Origin: Silanimonas sp.
GTDB taxonomy: Bacteria; Pseudomonadota; Gammaproteobacteria; Xanthomonadales; Xanthomonadaceae
Assembly (NCBI RefSeq): GCF_044377035.1
Contig: NZ_JBILJW010000002.1
Coordinates: 66,380 to 130,379 of the forward strand
DNA: 64,000 nucleotides
Reading direction: 5' to 3'
Shown here piece after piece: positions 17,592 to 27,890 of this stretch. The position numbers and the translations under genes are program-made. Positions within the stretch are counted from its first letter, which is position 1. Each line of letters begins with the position of its first letter. Under the pieces are notes generated by a model. It had not been told where the DNA came from. It saw nothing but the letters and a program-made list of their open reading frames with translations, and did not search any database.

Positions 17592-18659
17592 ATGTCCGCC
17601 ACCGCCCTTGCCGAAGCCGCCCACGACGAACCCTTCTGTCGCGCGGCCACTCTCCCCGCCGCCGACGGCGTCCTCGCCAGCACCCTTTCGCTGCGCCACG
17701 CCGGACTGCAGCGCGTGAATCTCCGTTGGCGCCTCGTCGGTGCCGAAGGCACGCCGGTGCATGCCGTGCTGGGCGGCATTTCGGCCACGCGCCATGTCGC
17801 TGCGCTGCGCGCCGACGAGCCCGAGGGCTGGTGGCAGGTCCAGTTCGGCGCGGATCGCACCTTTGATCCGTCGTGCTGTCGGGTGCTGAGCTTCGATTGG
17901 GTCGGCCGCGACGGCACGCTCGACGCACCGATCAGCAGCGCCGACCAGGCCGATGCGCTTGCCGTTCTGCTCGACCACCTTGGCATCGCGCGCCTCGCGT
18001 CGATCGTCGGCAGCAGCTACGGCGCCATGGTCGGCCTCGCCTTCGCCGAACGCTATCCGGCACTGGTCGAGCGTCTTGTCGTCATCAGCGGTGCGGATCG
18101 CGCCGACCCGTATTCAGCGGCCTGGCGCGCCCTGCAGCGCCGCGTGCTGGAACTCGGCCGCGACGGCCCGGAAGCCGTTGCCCTCGCCCGCCAGTTCGCG
18201 ATGCTCAGCTACCGCACACCGGAGGAATTCGCGGCCCGCTTCGACGCCGAACCGACCTGGGACGGCGATCGTTTGCGCTGCGCCGCGCAGGACTACCTCG
18301 ACGCGGCCGGCTCGCGCTTCGCCGCCGTGTTCAGCCCGATCGCTTTCCGCCGGTTGTCCGAGTCGATCGACCAGCACCGCGTCAATCCGTCGCGCATCAC
18401 CACGCCGACCACCGTCATCGCCGTCGAACAGGACCGCCTCGTCCCGCTCGACGACCTGCGCCGCCTGTCCCGCCAGCTGGCCGGCCCGGCGAGGCTGAAG
18501 GTGATCCGCTCGATCTACGGCCACGACGCCTTCCTGAAGGAACCCGAGCAGATCGGCCGCCTGTTGGCGCTGGCGCTCGGGCCGACGGCCGACGCTGGCC
18601 CGTCGTCGCGCGTTCCCGCTTCCTCTCCCATCGCATCGTCCCCGCAGGCCCACGCATGA
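17592..18659 (+). CDS. metX: MetX-family homoserine O-acyltransferase (short form)
   Basis: Alpha/beta-hydrolase acyltransferase: SIVGSSYGAMVGLAFAERYP (nucleophile elbow) and C-terminal IYGHDAFLKE. Stop overlaps the next gene's start (ATGA). Acyl-CoA specificity cannot be read from sequence. Confidence 0.75.
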   Translation: MSATALAEAAHDEPFCRAATLPAADGVLASTLSLRHAGLQRVNLRWRLVGAEGTPVHAVLGGISATRHVAALRADEPEGWWQVQFGADRTFDPSCCRVLSFDWVGRDGTLDAPISSADQADALAVLLDHLGIARLASIVGSSYGAMVGLAFAERYPALVERLVVISGADRADPYSAAWRALQRRVLELGRDGPEAVALARQFAMLSYRTPEEFAARFDAEPTWDGDRLRCAAQDYLDAAGSRFAAVFSPIAFRRLSESIDQHRVNPSRITTPTTVIAVEQDRLVPLDDLRRLSRQLAGPARLKVIRSIYGHDAFLKEPEQIGRLLALALGPTADAGPSSRVPASSPIASSPQAHA

Positions 18660-19852
18660 GCAGCTTCGAATCCGCCACCCGCGCCGTCCGCGCCGGCATC
18701 GACCGCGACACCGCCCACGGGGCCGTCGTCCCGCCAATCGTGCTGTCGTCGAACTTCAGCTTCGAGGGCTTCGGCAAGAAGCGCCGCTACGACTACACGC
18801 GCAGCGGCAACCCGACGCGCGACCTGCTGGGCGAGGCGCTCGCCGAACTCGAAGGCGGCGCCGGTGGCGTGGTCACGGCGACCGGCATGGCCGCGATCAC
18901 GTTGGTGCTGAGCCTGCTCGAACCCGGTCAGCGCCTCGTGGTCCCGCACGACGCCTACGGCGGCAGCTGGCGGCTGTTCAACGCGCTGGCGAAGAAGGGC
19001 GCCTTCGAACTCGTCACCATCGACTTCACCTGTCCGCGCCAGCTCGCGGCGGCGCTCGACCCGGCGCCGGCCATCGTTTGGATCGAGACGCCATCGAACC
19101 CGCTGCTGCGCATCACCGACCTTCGCTTCGTCGCGGAGGCCGCGAAGCGCGTCGGCGCGCTGGTGGTGGTCGACAACACTTTCCTCTCACCTGCCCTGCA
19201 GACGCCGATCGACTTCGGCGCCGACCTCGTCGTGCATTCCACGACGAAGTACATCAACGGCCACAGCGACGTGGTGGGCGGCGCCGTGGTGGCGAAGACG
19301 CCGGAGCTGCACGAGCGCCTCACCTGGTGGGCGAACGCGCTGGGCCTCACCGGCTCGCCGTTCGACGCCTTCCTGACCCTGCGCGGCCTTCGCACGTTGG
19401 ATGCCCGTCTGCGCGTGCACGAGGAGAACGCCCACGGACTGCTCGACCTGCTGGTCGGCCATGAGGCCGTGGCCGCCGTGCACTACCCGGGGCTGGCCTC
19501 GCACACGGGCCACGCGCTGGCCGCGCGCCAGCAGAAGGGCTTCGGCGCAATGCTGAGCTTCGAGCTGCGCGGTGGGGAAGCGGCCGCCCGCGCCTTCTGC
19601 GACGGGCTCGACTGCTTCACCCTGGCCGAGTCGCTGGGCGGCGTGGAGAGCCTCGTCGCCCACCCGCCGACCATGACCCATGCGGCGATGAGCGCCGAAG
19701 CCCGCGCCGCCGCCGGCATCCGCGACGGCCTGCTGCGGCTGTCGGTGGGCATCGAGCACGTGCGCGACTTGCGCGCGGATCTGGCCGGCGGGCTGGAGCG
19801 TGCGGCGCGGGTGGTCGAGGCATCGGTGGTGCGGGAGGCAGTGATCGCCTGA
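18656..19852 (+). CDS. Cys/Met-metabolism PLP enzyme (cystathionine gamma-synthase / O-acylhomoserine sulfhydrylase, MetB/MetZ-like)
   Basis: MSSFESATRAVRAGIDRD ... YTRSGNPTR ... HSTTKYINGHSDVVGG (PLP lysine). Start at ATG 18656 inside the longer track ORF 17873..19852. Confidence 0.85.
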   Translation: MSSFESATRAVRAGIDRDTAHGAVVPPIVLSSNFSFEGFGKKRRYDYTRSGNPTRDLLGEALAELEGGAGGVVTATGMAAITLVLSLLEPGQRLVVPHDAYGGSWRLFNALAKKGAFELVTIDFTCPRQLAAALDPAPAIVWIETPSNPLLRITDLRFVAEAAKRVGALVVVDNTFLSPALQTPIDFGADLVVHSTTKYINGHSDVVGGAVVAKTPELHERLTWWANALGLTGSPFDAFLTLRGLRTLDARLRVHEENAHGLLDLLVGHEAVAAVHYPGLASHTGHALAARQQKGFGAMLSFELRGGEAAARAFCDGLDCFTLAESLGGVESLVAHPPTMTHAAMSAEARAAAGIRDGLLRLSVGIEHVRDLRADLAGGLERAARVVEASVVREAVIA

Positions 19853-19968
19853 GGCCCGACATCGAGGGTCGCCACGTCGTTCCGAGCCGGTCCTCGCCCC
19901 GGATTTGCTAGGCTTGGCGCCCCTTTACGAGACCTTCCGACCGACCCGCAAGGCCGGTCGCGCGCCGC

Positions 19969-22776
19969 ATGGACAAGAGCTTCGAGCCGAGCACCTTCGA
20001 ATCCCGCTGGTACGCCCACTGGGAGGGCAGCGGCCTGTTCAAGCCCTCGGGCGACGCCGCCAAGCCGGCCTACAGCATCCTGCTGCCGCCGCCGAACGTC
20101 ACCGGCACGCTGCACATGGGCCACGCGTTCCAGCACACGCTGATGGACACGCTGGTGCGCTACCACCGCATGCGCGGCTTCGACACCCTGTGGCAGCTCG
20201 GCACCGACCACGCGGGCATCGCGACCGAGATGGTGGTCTCGCGCAACCTCCATCTGGCCGGCCAGGGCGAGACCCGCGACGGCCTCGGTCGCGAGGCCTT
20301 CGTCGGCAAGGTGTGGGAGTGGAAGAAAGAATCCGGCGACACCATCGAGCGCCAGATGCGTCGCATGGGCAGCTCGGGCGACTGGTCGCGCAGCGTCTTC
20401 ACCATGGACCCGATGCCGTCCAAGGCCGTCGTCGAGACCTTCGTGAAGCTGCATGAGCAGGGCCTGATCTACCGCGGCCAGAAGCTGGTCAACTGGGACC
20501 CGGTGCTGAAGACCGCGATCTCCGACCTCGAAGTGGTGAGCGAGGAAGAGAGCGGCCACCTGTGGTCGATCCGCTACCCGCTCGTCGACGCCACCTACGA
20601 GCACGTCGAGACCGACGCCGACGGCGTGGAAACGCGCGAAACCCGCGACTACCTCGTCGTGGCCACTACTCGCCCGGAGACCCTGCTCGGCGACGTCGCC
20701 GTGATGGTGCACCCGGAGGACGAACGCTACGCCCACCTCGTCGGCCAGCACGTGCGCCTGCCGCTGTGCGGCCGCACGATCCCGGTGATCGCCGACGACT
20801 ACGTCGACCGCGCCTTCGGCACCGGCGTGGTGAAGGTCACCCCGGCGCACGACTTCAACGACTACGCGGTCGGCCAGCGCCACGGCCTGCCGATGATCAA
20901 CCTGTTCACCGACACCGCCCACCTCAACGACGCCGCGCCCGCGCGCTTCGTCGGCCTCGACCGCTTCGACGCGCGCAAGGCCGTACTGGCGGAACTGGAA
21001 AGTGAAGGCCTGCTGGTCGAAGCCAAGCCGCACAAGCTGATGGTGCCGCGCGGCGACCGCACCGGTCAGGTGATTGAGCCCTACCTCACGGACCAGTGGT
21101 TCGTGAAGATGGACGAGTTCGCGAAAAAGGGCCTCGATGCCGTGGAAAGCGGCCGCGTGCGTTTCGTACCCGAGAACTGGATCAACACCTACCGCCATTG
21201 GCTGGAGAACATCCAGGACTGGTGCATCAGCCGCCAGCTCTGGTGGGGCCACCGCATCCCGGCGTGGTACGACGATTCGGGCAAGGTCTACGTCGGCCGC
21301 GACGAGGCCGAGGTGCGCGCCACGCATGGCCTCGCCGCCGGCGTCGCCCTGCGCCAGGACAGCGACGTGCTGGAGACGTGGTTCAGCTCGGCGATCTGGC
21401 CGCACTCGACGATGGGCTGGCCGGACGCGAACGCGATGGCGGAGCGCGGCTTCGACCGCTACCTGCCCTCGTCGGTGTTGGTCACCGGCTTCGACATCAT
21501 CTTCTTCTGGGTCGCCCGGATGATCATGATGACCGAGCACTTCACCGGCGACGTGCCCTTCAAGGACGTCTACATCACCGGCCTCGTCCGCGACAAGGAC
21601 GGCCAGAAGATGTCGAAGTCGAAGGGCAACGTGCTCGATCCGATCGACCTGATCGACGGCATCAGCATCGAGGCCCTGGTCGCCAAGCGCACCAGCGGCC
21701 TGATGAAGCCGACCGACGCGCCGAAGATCGAGAAGGCCACGCGCAAGGAATTCCCGGAAGGCATCCCGGCCTTCGGCGCCGACGCCCTGCGTTTCACCTT
21801 CGCCTCGCTGGCCACGCATGGCCGCGACATCAAGTTCGACCTCGCCCGCTGCGAGGGCTACAAGAACTTTTGCAACAAGCTGTGGAACGCCGCGCGCTTC
21901 GTGCTGATGAACACCGAGGGCTTCAGCGCGTCAGGCGTGCCGGTGCCGACGACGGACGCCGAGCGCTGGATCCTCGACCGCCTGCAGCAGCTGCTGCGCG
22001 AGGTCGAAACGCAGTTCGCCGCCTACCGCTTCGACCTCGCCTCGCAGGCGATGTACGAGTTCGTCTGGAACGAGGTCTGCGACTGGTTCCTAGAACTGAG
22101 CAAGCCGGCCCTGCAGGGCAGCGACGACGCTGCGATCGCGTCCACGCGCCACACCCTGCTCTACGTGATCGAGCAGAGCCTGCGCGTGCTGCACCCGCTG
22201 ATCCCGTTCGTGACGGAAGAGATCTGGTCGCACGTCGCACCGAAGCTTGGGCTGACCGGCGGTTCGATCAGCGTGCAGGCCTACCCGCAATTCGATGCCG
22301 CGCTCACCGACGCCCGCGCCGCCGTCGACATCGAGTGGCTGAAGGCCGCGATCACCGCGCTGCGTTCGGTGCGCAGCCAGCTCGGCGTGCCGCCGGGCAA
22401 GGCCGTGCCCCTGCTGCTCGCCGGCAAGGGTGACGCCGCGCAGATCGAGCGCCACGCCGGTGGCCTCAAGTTCCTCGCCAAGCTCGAGTCGATCGATTGG
22501 GTGCAGGGCGAACCGCCGGCCTCCGCGGCTGCCGTGCTGGGCGAACTCACCCTGCTGGTCCCGCTGGCCGGCCTTGTCGACCTGGACGCCGAGCGCACCC
22601 GCCTCGACAAGGAGATCAAGCGCGTCGAGGGCGAAATCGCCAAGTGCCACGGGAAGCTCGGCTCGGAGACCTTCGTGGCCAATGCGCCCGAAGCGGTGGT
22701 GGCCCAGGAGCGCAAGCGCCTCGCCGAGTGGACGACGATGCTGGACGGCCTCAAGGCCAACCGCAGCCGACTGTGA
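19969..22776 (+). CDS. valS: Valine-tRNA ligase
   Basis: 935 aa. HIGH motif [19 protein letters not shown] motif KMSKSKGN, C-terminal coiled coil. Confidence 0.95.
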   Translation: MDKSFEPSTFESRWYAHWEGSGLFKPSGDAAKPAYSILLPPPNVTGTLHMGHAFQHTLMDTLVRYHRMRGFDTLWQLGTDHAGIATEMVVSRNLHLAGQGETRDGLGREAFVGKVWEWKKESGDTIERQMRRMGSSGDWSRSVFTMDPMPSKAVVETFVKLHEQGLIYRGQKLVNWDPVLKTAISDLEVVSEEESGHLWSIRYPLVDATYEHVETDADGVETRETRDYLVVATTRPETLLGDVAVMVHPEDERYAHLVGQHVRLPLCGRTIPVIADDYVDRAFGTGVVKVTPAHDFNDYAVGQRHGLPMINLFTDTAHLNDAAPARFVGLDRFDARKAVLAELESEGLLVEAKPHKLMVPRGDRTGQVIEPYLTDQWFVKMDEFAKKGLDAVESGRVRFVPENWINTYRHWLENIQDWCISRQLWWGHRIPAWYDDSGKVYVGRDEAEVRATHGLAAGVALRQDSDVLETWFSSAIWPHSTMGWPDANAMAERGFDRYLPSSVLVTGFDIIFFWVARMIMMTEHFTGDVPFKDVYITGLVRDKDGQKMSKSKGNVLDPIDLIDGISIEALVAKRTSGLMKPTDAPKIEKATRKEFPEGIPAFGADALRFTFASLATHGRDIKFDLARCEGYKNFCNKLWNAARFVLMNTEGFSASGVPVPTTDAERWILDRLQQLLREVETQFAAYRFDLASQAMYEFVWNEVCDWFLELSKPALQGSDDAAIASTRHTLLYVIEQSLRVLHPLIPFVTEEIWSHVAPKLGLTGGSISVQAYPQFDAALTDARAAVDIEWLKAAITALRSVRSQLGVPPGKAVPLLLAGKGDAAQIERHAGGLKFLAKLESIDWVQGEPPASAAAVLGELTLLVPLAGLVDLDAERTRLDKEIKRVEGEIAKCHGKLGSETFVANAPEAVVAQERKRLAEWTTMLDGLKANRSRL

Positions 22777-22831
22777 ACCGGCGCCTGCCGCGCACTGGCA
22801 GGCTCCACCGCTTTCGGGCAGGGTGCGCCGC

Positions 22832-23488
22832 ATGACCGATCTCAGCCTCCACGGCCTCGCCCATGCCCTGCGTGACGAACGCTGGAGCGCCATCACCCAT
22901 GGCGCCGGCGCCGTGCTCGGCGCCATCGGCGGCGTCGTGCTGATCACGCTTGCCGCGCTGTGGGGCGACGGCTGGCAGCTCGCCAGCGCGATCGTCTTCA
23001 GCGTCACGCTGATCCTGCTCTACACAGCCTCGGCCTTCTACCACGCAGCCCCCTTCAAGACGGCGCTGAAGGCGCGGCTGAAGGTGCTCGACCACTGCGC
23101 CATCTACCTGCTGATCGCTGGCACGTACACGCCGATCTCGCTGGTCGGCTTGCGCGAGCACGGCGGCTGGTGGCTGTTCGGTGCGATCTGGACGCTCGCG
23201 GTCGGCGGCGTGGTGTTCAAGCTCCTCACCCGCGGCCGCTTCAAGCTGCTGTCGACCTTGATCTACATCGCGATGGGTTGGCTGGCCATCGTGGCGATCA
23301 AGCCGATGACCGAACAGCTGAGCACATGGGCCTTGGTCTGGATCTTCTCCGGCGGCGTCGCCTACACGCTGGGAACGCTGTTCTACATGAGCCGCCGCAT
23401 CCGCTACACGCACACGATCTGGCACGGCTTCGTTCTCGCGGGCAGCGCACTCCACTTCGCCGCCGTCGCCACCCAGGTCTGGGCCTGA
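22832..23488 (+). CDS. Hemolysin III / PAQR family membrane protein
   Basis: ERWSAITHGAG ... SAFYHA ... LDHCAIYLLIAGTYTP ... HTIWHGFVLAGSALHF. Start at ATG 22832 within track ORF 22430..23488. Confidence 0.85.
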   Translation: MTDLSLHGLAHALRDERWSAITHGAGAVLGAIGGVVLITLAALWGDGWQLASAIVFSVTLILLYTASAFYHAAPFKTALKARLKVLDHCAIYLLIAGTYTPISLVGLREHGGWWLFGAIWTLAVGGVVFKLLTRGRFKLLSTLIYIAMGWLAIVAIKPMTEQLSTWALVWIFSGGVAYTLGTLFYMSRRIRYTHTIWHGFVLAGSALHFAAVATQVWA

Positions 23489-23490
23489 GC

Positions 23491-23979
23491 TCAGGCCGGC
23501 GGTGCCGAGCCCGGCGCCACCAGTTCCAAGGCCATGACGATCGCATCCTCGCGGCCGTCCTTCGCTGGGTAGTAGCGCGGCCGCTGCCCGATCTTCATGA
23601 AGCCCTCGCTCGCGTAAAGCGCGATCGCATTCGGGTTCGAAGGCCGCACCTCGAGGAACACGCGATCGGCCATGTGCCAGCGCGCGAGATCCACCATCCG
23701 TCGCAACAGGCGACGGCCGAGGCCATGCCCCTGCCAGGCGGGATCGACGCAGAGGTTCAGCAGATGCGCTTCATCGGCACCGACGCTGAGCACGCCGTAG
23801 CCCATCAAGCCATCCGGCGATTCCGCCACCCAGCAGGCGTAACCCGCGCCGAGGCAGTCACGGAAGATCCCGGCCGTCCAAGGGAAGGCATAGGCCCGCT
23901 CCTCCATGGCCGCCACCTGGGGCACGTCGACCTGCCGCATCGGCCGGAACTGCACCGCCTGCTGCAGCTGGGCCGCCAA
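23491..23979 (-). CDS. rimI: Ribosomal-protein-alanine N-acetyltransferase RimI (GNAT)
   Basis: ERAYAFPWTAGIF ... LLNLCVDPAWQGHGLGRRLL ... LEVRPSNPNAIALYASEGF ... YYPAKDGREDAIVMAL parallels E. coli RimI. TTG start at 23979, alternative ATG at 23940. Confidence 0.8.
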   Translation of the reverse strand: MAAQLQQAVQFRPMRQVDVPQVAAMEERAYAFPWTAGIFRDCLGAGYACWVAESPDGLMGYGVLSVGADEAHLLNLCVDPAWQGHGLGRRLLRRMVDLARWHMADRVFLEVRPSNPNAIALYASEGFMKIGQRPRYYPAKDGREDAIVMALELVAPGSAPPA

Positions 23980-23982
23980 GGC

Positions 23983-24234
23983 TCAGCCCCCGCGGCGCCA
24001 GTCGCGCACGCGCCGCCAGAGGGCACGCTTGAAGGCGGCATCGGCGGGGCGACCCGCCGGCGACGGCCATTCTGCCCACAAAGCGCCAACCCAACGCTCC
24101 AGCCCTCCGCGCAAGCGGGGTGGCAACGCCACGGCAGCCAAGGGTTCGGCCACCCCGGCGCCACCGGACCGACGTTGCACCGGCGCATGGCCCAAGGCCT
24201 CCAGCACACGGCGCTGCAACGGCGACCAGGTCAC
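23983..24234 (-). CDS. Hypothetical 83-aa protein in the position occupied by holD (DNA pol III psi) upstream of rimI in enterobacteria
   Basis: GTG at 24234 overlaps the pssA stop (GTGA). The stop lies 3 nt before the rimI TTG. Sequence: TWSPLQRRVLEALGH ... AFKRALWRRVRDW. Assignment rests on synteny only. Confidence 0.35.
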   Translation of the reverse strand: MTWSPLQRRVLEALGHAPVQRRSGGAGVAEPLAAVALPPRLRGGLERWVGALWAEWPSPAGRPADAAFKRALWRRVRDWRRGG

Positions 24235-25010
24235 GCCGACGCCACTGCCGAGCGACGACGCTGCCACAGCCAGCCGATCGGGCCGCTGACGATGTAGACG
24301 ATCGCCACGGCGAAGATGACCTTCGGTGCGTCGATGAGCAGCGCCACCAGCACGGCGACCACCAGCACCATGAACCAGAACGGCACACGGTCTCCGGGCC
24401 AGCCCTTGAAGCTGAAGAAGCGGATCCGGCTCACCATCAGCAGCGCGCAGGCGGTCGTGACGGCCAAGGCCGCCCAGCGCATCTCGTCGCCGCTCCAGCC
24501 CAGTTCCGTGAAGCACCAGACCACACTGATCATCGTGCCGGCCGACGCCGGGCTGGCGAGGCCGATGAACCAACGCTTGTCCGTGCTGCCCGCCGAAACG
24601 TTGAAGCGGGCCAGACGCAGGGCAGCACAAGCTACGTAGAGGAAGGCGGCTGCCCAGCCCACCTTGCCCCACACACCGCCATCGAGCGCGAGCTGGGCGA
24701 GGGCCCAGTGGTACATCACCAGAGCGGGCGCCATGCCGAAGCTGAGCAGATCGGACAGCGAGTCGTACTGCACGCCGAACTCGCTGGTGGTGCCGGTCAT
24801 ACGCGCCACGCGGCCGTCGAGGCCATCGAACACGCCCGCGACGATCACGGCGATGCACGCCGCCTCGAAGCGGCCATTCGCTGCGGCCAGGATCGCGTAG
24901 AAGCCCGCGAACATGTTCGCCGTGGTCAGCAGGTTGGGCAGCAGGTAGATGTGGCGGCTGCGCGGTCGCGGCGGCGCAGCGGGGGCGAGGTCGTCGGGCT
25001 TGGGGTCCAT
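24231..25010 (-). CDS. pssA: CDP-diacylglycerol-serine O-phosphatidyltransferase
   Basis: CDP-alcohol phosphatidyltransferase motif DGLDGRVARMTGTTSEFGVQYDSLSDL, multiple TM segments. Start at ATG 25010 (MDPKPDD) inside track ORF 24231..25265. Confidence 0.85.
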   Translation of the reverse strand: MDPKPDDLAPAAPPRPRSRHIYLLPNLLTTANMFAGFYAILAAANGRFEAACIAVIVAGVFDGLDGRVARMTGTTSEFGVQYDSLSDLLSFGMAPALVMYHWALAQLALDGGVWGKVGWAAAFLYVACAALRLARFNVSAGSTDKRWFIGLASPASAGTMISVVWCFTELGWSGDEMRWAALAVTTACALLMVSRIRFFSFKGWPGDRVPFWFMVLVVAVLVALLIDAPKVIFAVAIVYIVSGPIGWLWQRRRSAVASA

Positions 25011-25097
25011 GGCGCGAGTGTAGCCGCTGGGCCGGCCGCCCTGCCCCATCCGGCCCGATGGCGCTACCATGGGCGGAGTCCTGTTGGAGCGGTCCCC

Positions 25098-25499
25098 ATG
25101 CGTTTGCTTGCCGGCCTGATCACCCTCCTCGCCCTCGCGGCGGTGTCTTCCCCCCTGCAAGCGCAGGATCCGGTCTACACGTGGGTGGACCGTAACGGCG
25201 TGCGCCATTACGCCCAGACGCCCCCGGACGGGGTGCAATACGAAACCCGTGGCGTGCGAAACCAAACGGTGGGGACCGATGCGACGAAAGCCCCCGAATC
25301 TGCGGGCCCAGAGCGTCCCGAGGATCGCGTTTCGTGCGAGCGAGCGCGCCTTGCGCTGGACCAGCTGAAGTCGGACGCGCCGCTACAGATGGACCGCGAC
25401 GGCGACGGGCGGCCTGAGCCTCTCGACGCCACCCAGCGCGCGGAACAGAAGCGTTTGGCGGAGCAGGCTGTTCGCGCCTACTGCAACCCCGGCGAGTAA
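25098..25499 (+). CDS. DUF4124-like secreted protein
   Basis: Signal peptide MRLLAGLITLLALAAVSSPLQA followed by VYTWVDRNGVRHYAQTPP, the DUF4124 signature. ATG 25098 inside track ORF 24120..25499. Confidence 0.7.
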   Translation: MRLLAGLITLLALAAVSSPLQAQDPVYTWVDRNGVRHYAQTPPDGVQYETRGVRNQTVGTDATKAPESAGPERPEDRVSCERARLALDQLKSDAPLQMDRDGDGRPEPLDATQRAEQKRLAEQAVRAYCNPGE

Positions 25500-25587
25500 T
25501 CGGCCTGGGCCACCGGCGGGAACGAGGGCGCTCTTGCCCCTGTTCGGCGGCTAGAATGCGGGCTTTGCGTCTTTAGAACGAGCCCGC

Positions 25588-27306
25588 ATGCGCCTTTCGC
25601 AGTTCCACCTCAGCACCACCAAGGAAACCCCCGCCGACGCCGAAGTGATCAGCCACCAGCTGATGCTGCGGGCAGGGATGATCAAGAAGCTCGGCGCCGG
25701 CCTCTACACCTGGACCCCACTCGGCTTGCGCGCGCTGCGCAAGGTCGAGGCCGTGGTGCGCGAGGAAATGGAGCGCGCCGGCGCTATCGAAGTGCTGATG
25801 CCGGCCGTCCAGCCGCGCGAGCTCTGGGAAGAGACCAACCGCTGGGCCAAGTTCGGCGGCCAGCTGCTGAAGATCACCGACCGCAAGCAGCAGGAATACT
25901 GCTTCGGCCCCACGCACGAGGAAGTCATCACCGACTTCGCGCGCCAAGAGCTCGCCAGCTACAAGCAGCTGCCGAAGAACTTCTTCCAGATCCAGACCAA
26001 GTTCCGCGACGAGATCCGCCCGCGCTTCGGCGTGATGCGCGCCCGCGAGTTCCTGATGAAGGACGCCTACTCGTTCCACGTCACGCCCGACTGCATGGCG
26101 CGCGAGTACCAGAACATGTACGACGCCTACACGCGCATCTTCACGCGCCTAGGCTTGATGTTCCGCGCCGTGAACGCCGACACCGGCGCTATCGGTGGTT
26201 CGGCCTCGCACGAATTCCACGTGCTGGCCGATTCGGGCGAAGACGCGATTGCGTTCTCCGACACGTCGCACTACGCGGCGAACGTGGAGCTGGCCGAGGC
26301 TGTGGCACCTGCCGCGCCGCGTGCTGCCGCTTCGGAAGCAATGACCAAGGTGGCCACCCCCACGCAGAAGACCTGCGAGGCCGTGGCGGAATTGCTGGGC
26401 CTGCCGCTGACGCGCACCGTGAAGTCCATCGCTGTCGTCGGTGACGCCAAGCTGCTGGGCGGCACGGGCTTCGTGCTGGCCCTCGTTCGCGGCGACCACG
26501 CCGTCAACGAGATCAAGCTGTCGAAGATCGCCGGTCTCGCCGAGCTCCGGCTTGCCACCGAAGAGGAAATCCGCGCCCACCTCGGCGCCTCGCCGGGCTT
26601 CCTGGGCCCGGTCGCGCCCAAGCAGCCGATCACCGTCGTCGCCGACCGCACCGTCGCCGCAATGGGCGACTTCGTCGTGGGCGCGAATGAGGACGGCTTC
26701 CACCTCGCCAGCGTGAACTTCGGCCGCGACCTGCCCGAGCCGACGCTCGTGGCCGACATCCGCAACGTCGTGGAGGGCGATCCCTCGCCGGACGGCCATG
26801 GCACGATCAAGCTGGCCCGCGGCATCGAAGTCGGCCACGTGTTCCAGCTTGGCCAGAAGTACGCCGAGGCGATGAAGGCCACGGTGTTGAACGCCGAAGG
26901 CAAGGCCCAGGTCATGTACATGGGCTGCTACGGCATCGGCGTCTCGCGCATCGTCGCGGCGGGCATCGAGCAGAACTTCGACGCCAGCGGCATCCGCTGG
27001 CCGGAGGCGATGGCGCCCTGGCGCGTCGCGGTCTGCATGATCAACCCGAAGGGCGACGCGACGGTCACCGCCGCCGCCGAGGCGCTGTACAACGACCTCG
27101 CCGCCCGCGGCGTCGAGGTGGTGCTCGACGACCGTGGCCTGCGTCCGGGCCAGATGTTCGCCGACATCGAACTGATCGGCCTGCCGCACCGCGTCGTCGT
27201 CTCCGAGCGCGGACTGGCGGCTGGCACCTTCGAGTACCGCGCCCGCTCCGCTGCGGAATCGGAGAACCTCAGCCGCGAGCAGGTGTTCGAGCGCCTCGGC
27301 CTGTAA
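25588..27306 (+). CDS. proS: Proline-tRNA ligase
   Basis: 572 aa with class II motifs and an editing-domain insertion. [32 protein letters not shown] is a typical bacterial ProS N terminus. Confidence 0.95.
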   Translation: MRLSQFHLSTTKETPADAEVISHQLMLRAGMIKKLGAGLYTWTPLGLRALRKVEAVVREEMERAGAIEVLMPAVQPRELWEETNRWAKFGGQLLKITDRKQQEYCFGPTHEEVITDFARQELASYKQLPKNFFQIQTKFRDEIRPRFGVMRAREFLMKDAYSFHVTPDCMAREYQNMYDAYTRIFTRLGLMFRAVNADTGAIGGSASHEFHVLADSGEDAIAFSDTSHYAANVELAEAVAPAAPRAAASEAMTKVATPTQKTCEAVAELLGLPLTRTVKSIAVVGDAKLLGGTGFVLALVRGDHAVNEIKLSKIAGLAELRLATEEEIRAHLGASPGFLGPVAPKQPITVVADRTVAAMGDFVVGANEDGFHLASVNFGRDLPEPTLVADIRNVVEGDPSPDGHGTIKLARGIEVGHVFQLGQKYAEAMKATVLNAEGKAQVMYMGCYGIGVSRIVAAGIEQNFDASGIRWPEAMAPWRVAVCMINPKGDATVTAAAEALYNDLAARGVEVVLDDRGLRPGQMFADIELIGLPHRVVVSERGLAAGTFEYRARSAAESENLSREQVFERLGL

Positions 27307-27328
27307 TCCCCCGGGAAAACCCAGCCAC

Positions 27329-27360
27329 GAAAACGCCGCGGCCTTCGCGGCGTTTTCATT
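27329..27360 (+). terminator. Rho-independent terminator of proS
   Basis: gAAAACGCCGCGgcctCGCGGCGTTTTcattt. Confidence 0.75.
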
Positions 27361-27391
27361 TCACTCGCGGCTGATTAGTATCGGGATTCCC

Positions 27392-27417
27392 CCGGATTAT
27401 CCGTCTCGATAATCCGG
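27392..27417. promoter_or_regulatory. Perfect 10-bp inverted repeat CCGGATTATC-n6-GATAATCCGG upstream of hns
   Basis: Located about 35-60 nt upstream of the hns ATG in a locally AT-richer stretch. Confidence 0.4.
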
Positions 27418-27451
27418 ATACCCCCTACCCACACCCCGCAAGGAGCCCTGC

Positions 27452-27832
27452 ATGGCCGTTGATCTGGATGGACTGTCGCCCAAGGAACTCGACGCGCTGA
27501 TTTCCAAAGCCAAGCAGCGCAAGCAGACGCTGGCCAAGCGCTCTTCGCATGCCGAGGTGAGCAAGGCGCTGGAGGCCACGGCCCGGAAGCACGGCTGGAC
27601 GCTGGCCGAATTGCTCAGCGCCGGCCGCGGCACGGGTGCGCCCAAGGCGGCGAAGGCCGCCAAGCCGGCCGCCGCACCGAAATCGCGCAAGTCGGCGACG
27701 AAGGGCACCAAGGTCGCCGCGAAGTACCGCCATCCGGAAACCGGCCAGACCTGGTCGGGCCGGGGCATCCTGCCGAAATGGATGACCGAGGAAATCGCCA
27801 AGGGTCGCAAGCGCGAGGATTTCGCGATCTGA
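27452..27832 (+). CDS. hns: H-NS family nucleoid-associated protein
   Basis: 126 aa. N-terminal coiled coil (LSPKELDALISKAKQRKQ). C-terminal DNA-binding motif YRHPETGQTWSGRGILPKWM. Confidence 0.85.
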   Translation: MAVDLDGLSPKELDALISKAKQRKQTLAKRSSHAEVSKALEATARKHGWTLAELLSAGRGTGAPKAAKAAKPAAAPKSRKSATKGTKVAAKYRHPETGQTWSGRGILPKWMTEEIAKGRKREDFAI

Positions 27833-27860
27833 GCGCGGCGCCCTCCCTGTCCTTCCGCAT

Positions 27861-27890
27861 GACGCCGGCCTCGCGCCGGCGTCGCCGTTT
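27861..27890 (+). terminator. Terminator hairpin between convergent hns and the ThrE-family gene
   Basis: GACGCCGGCctcgcGCCGGCGTCgccgtttt. Confidence 0.6.
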
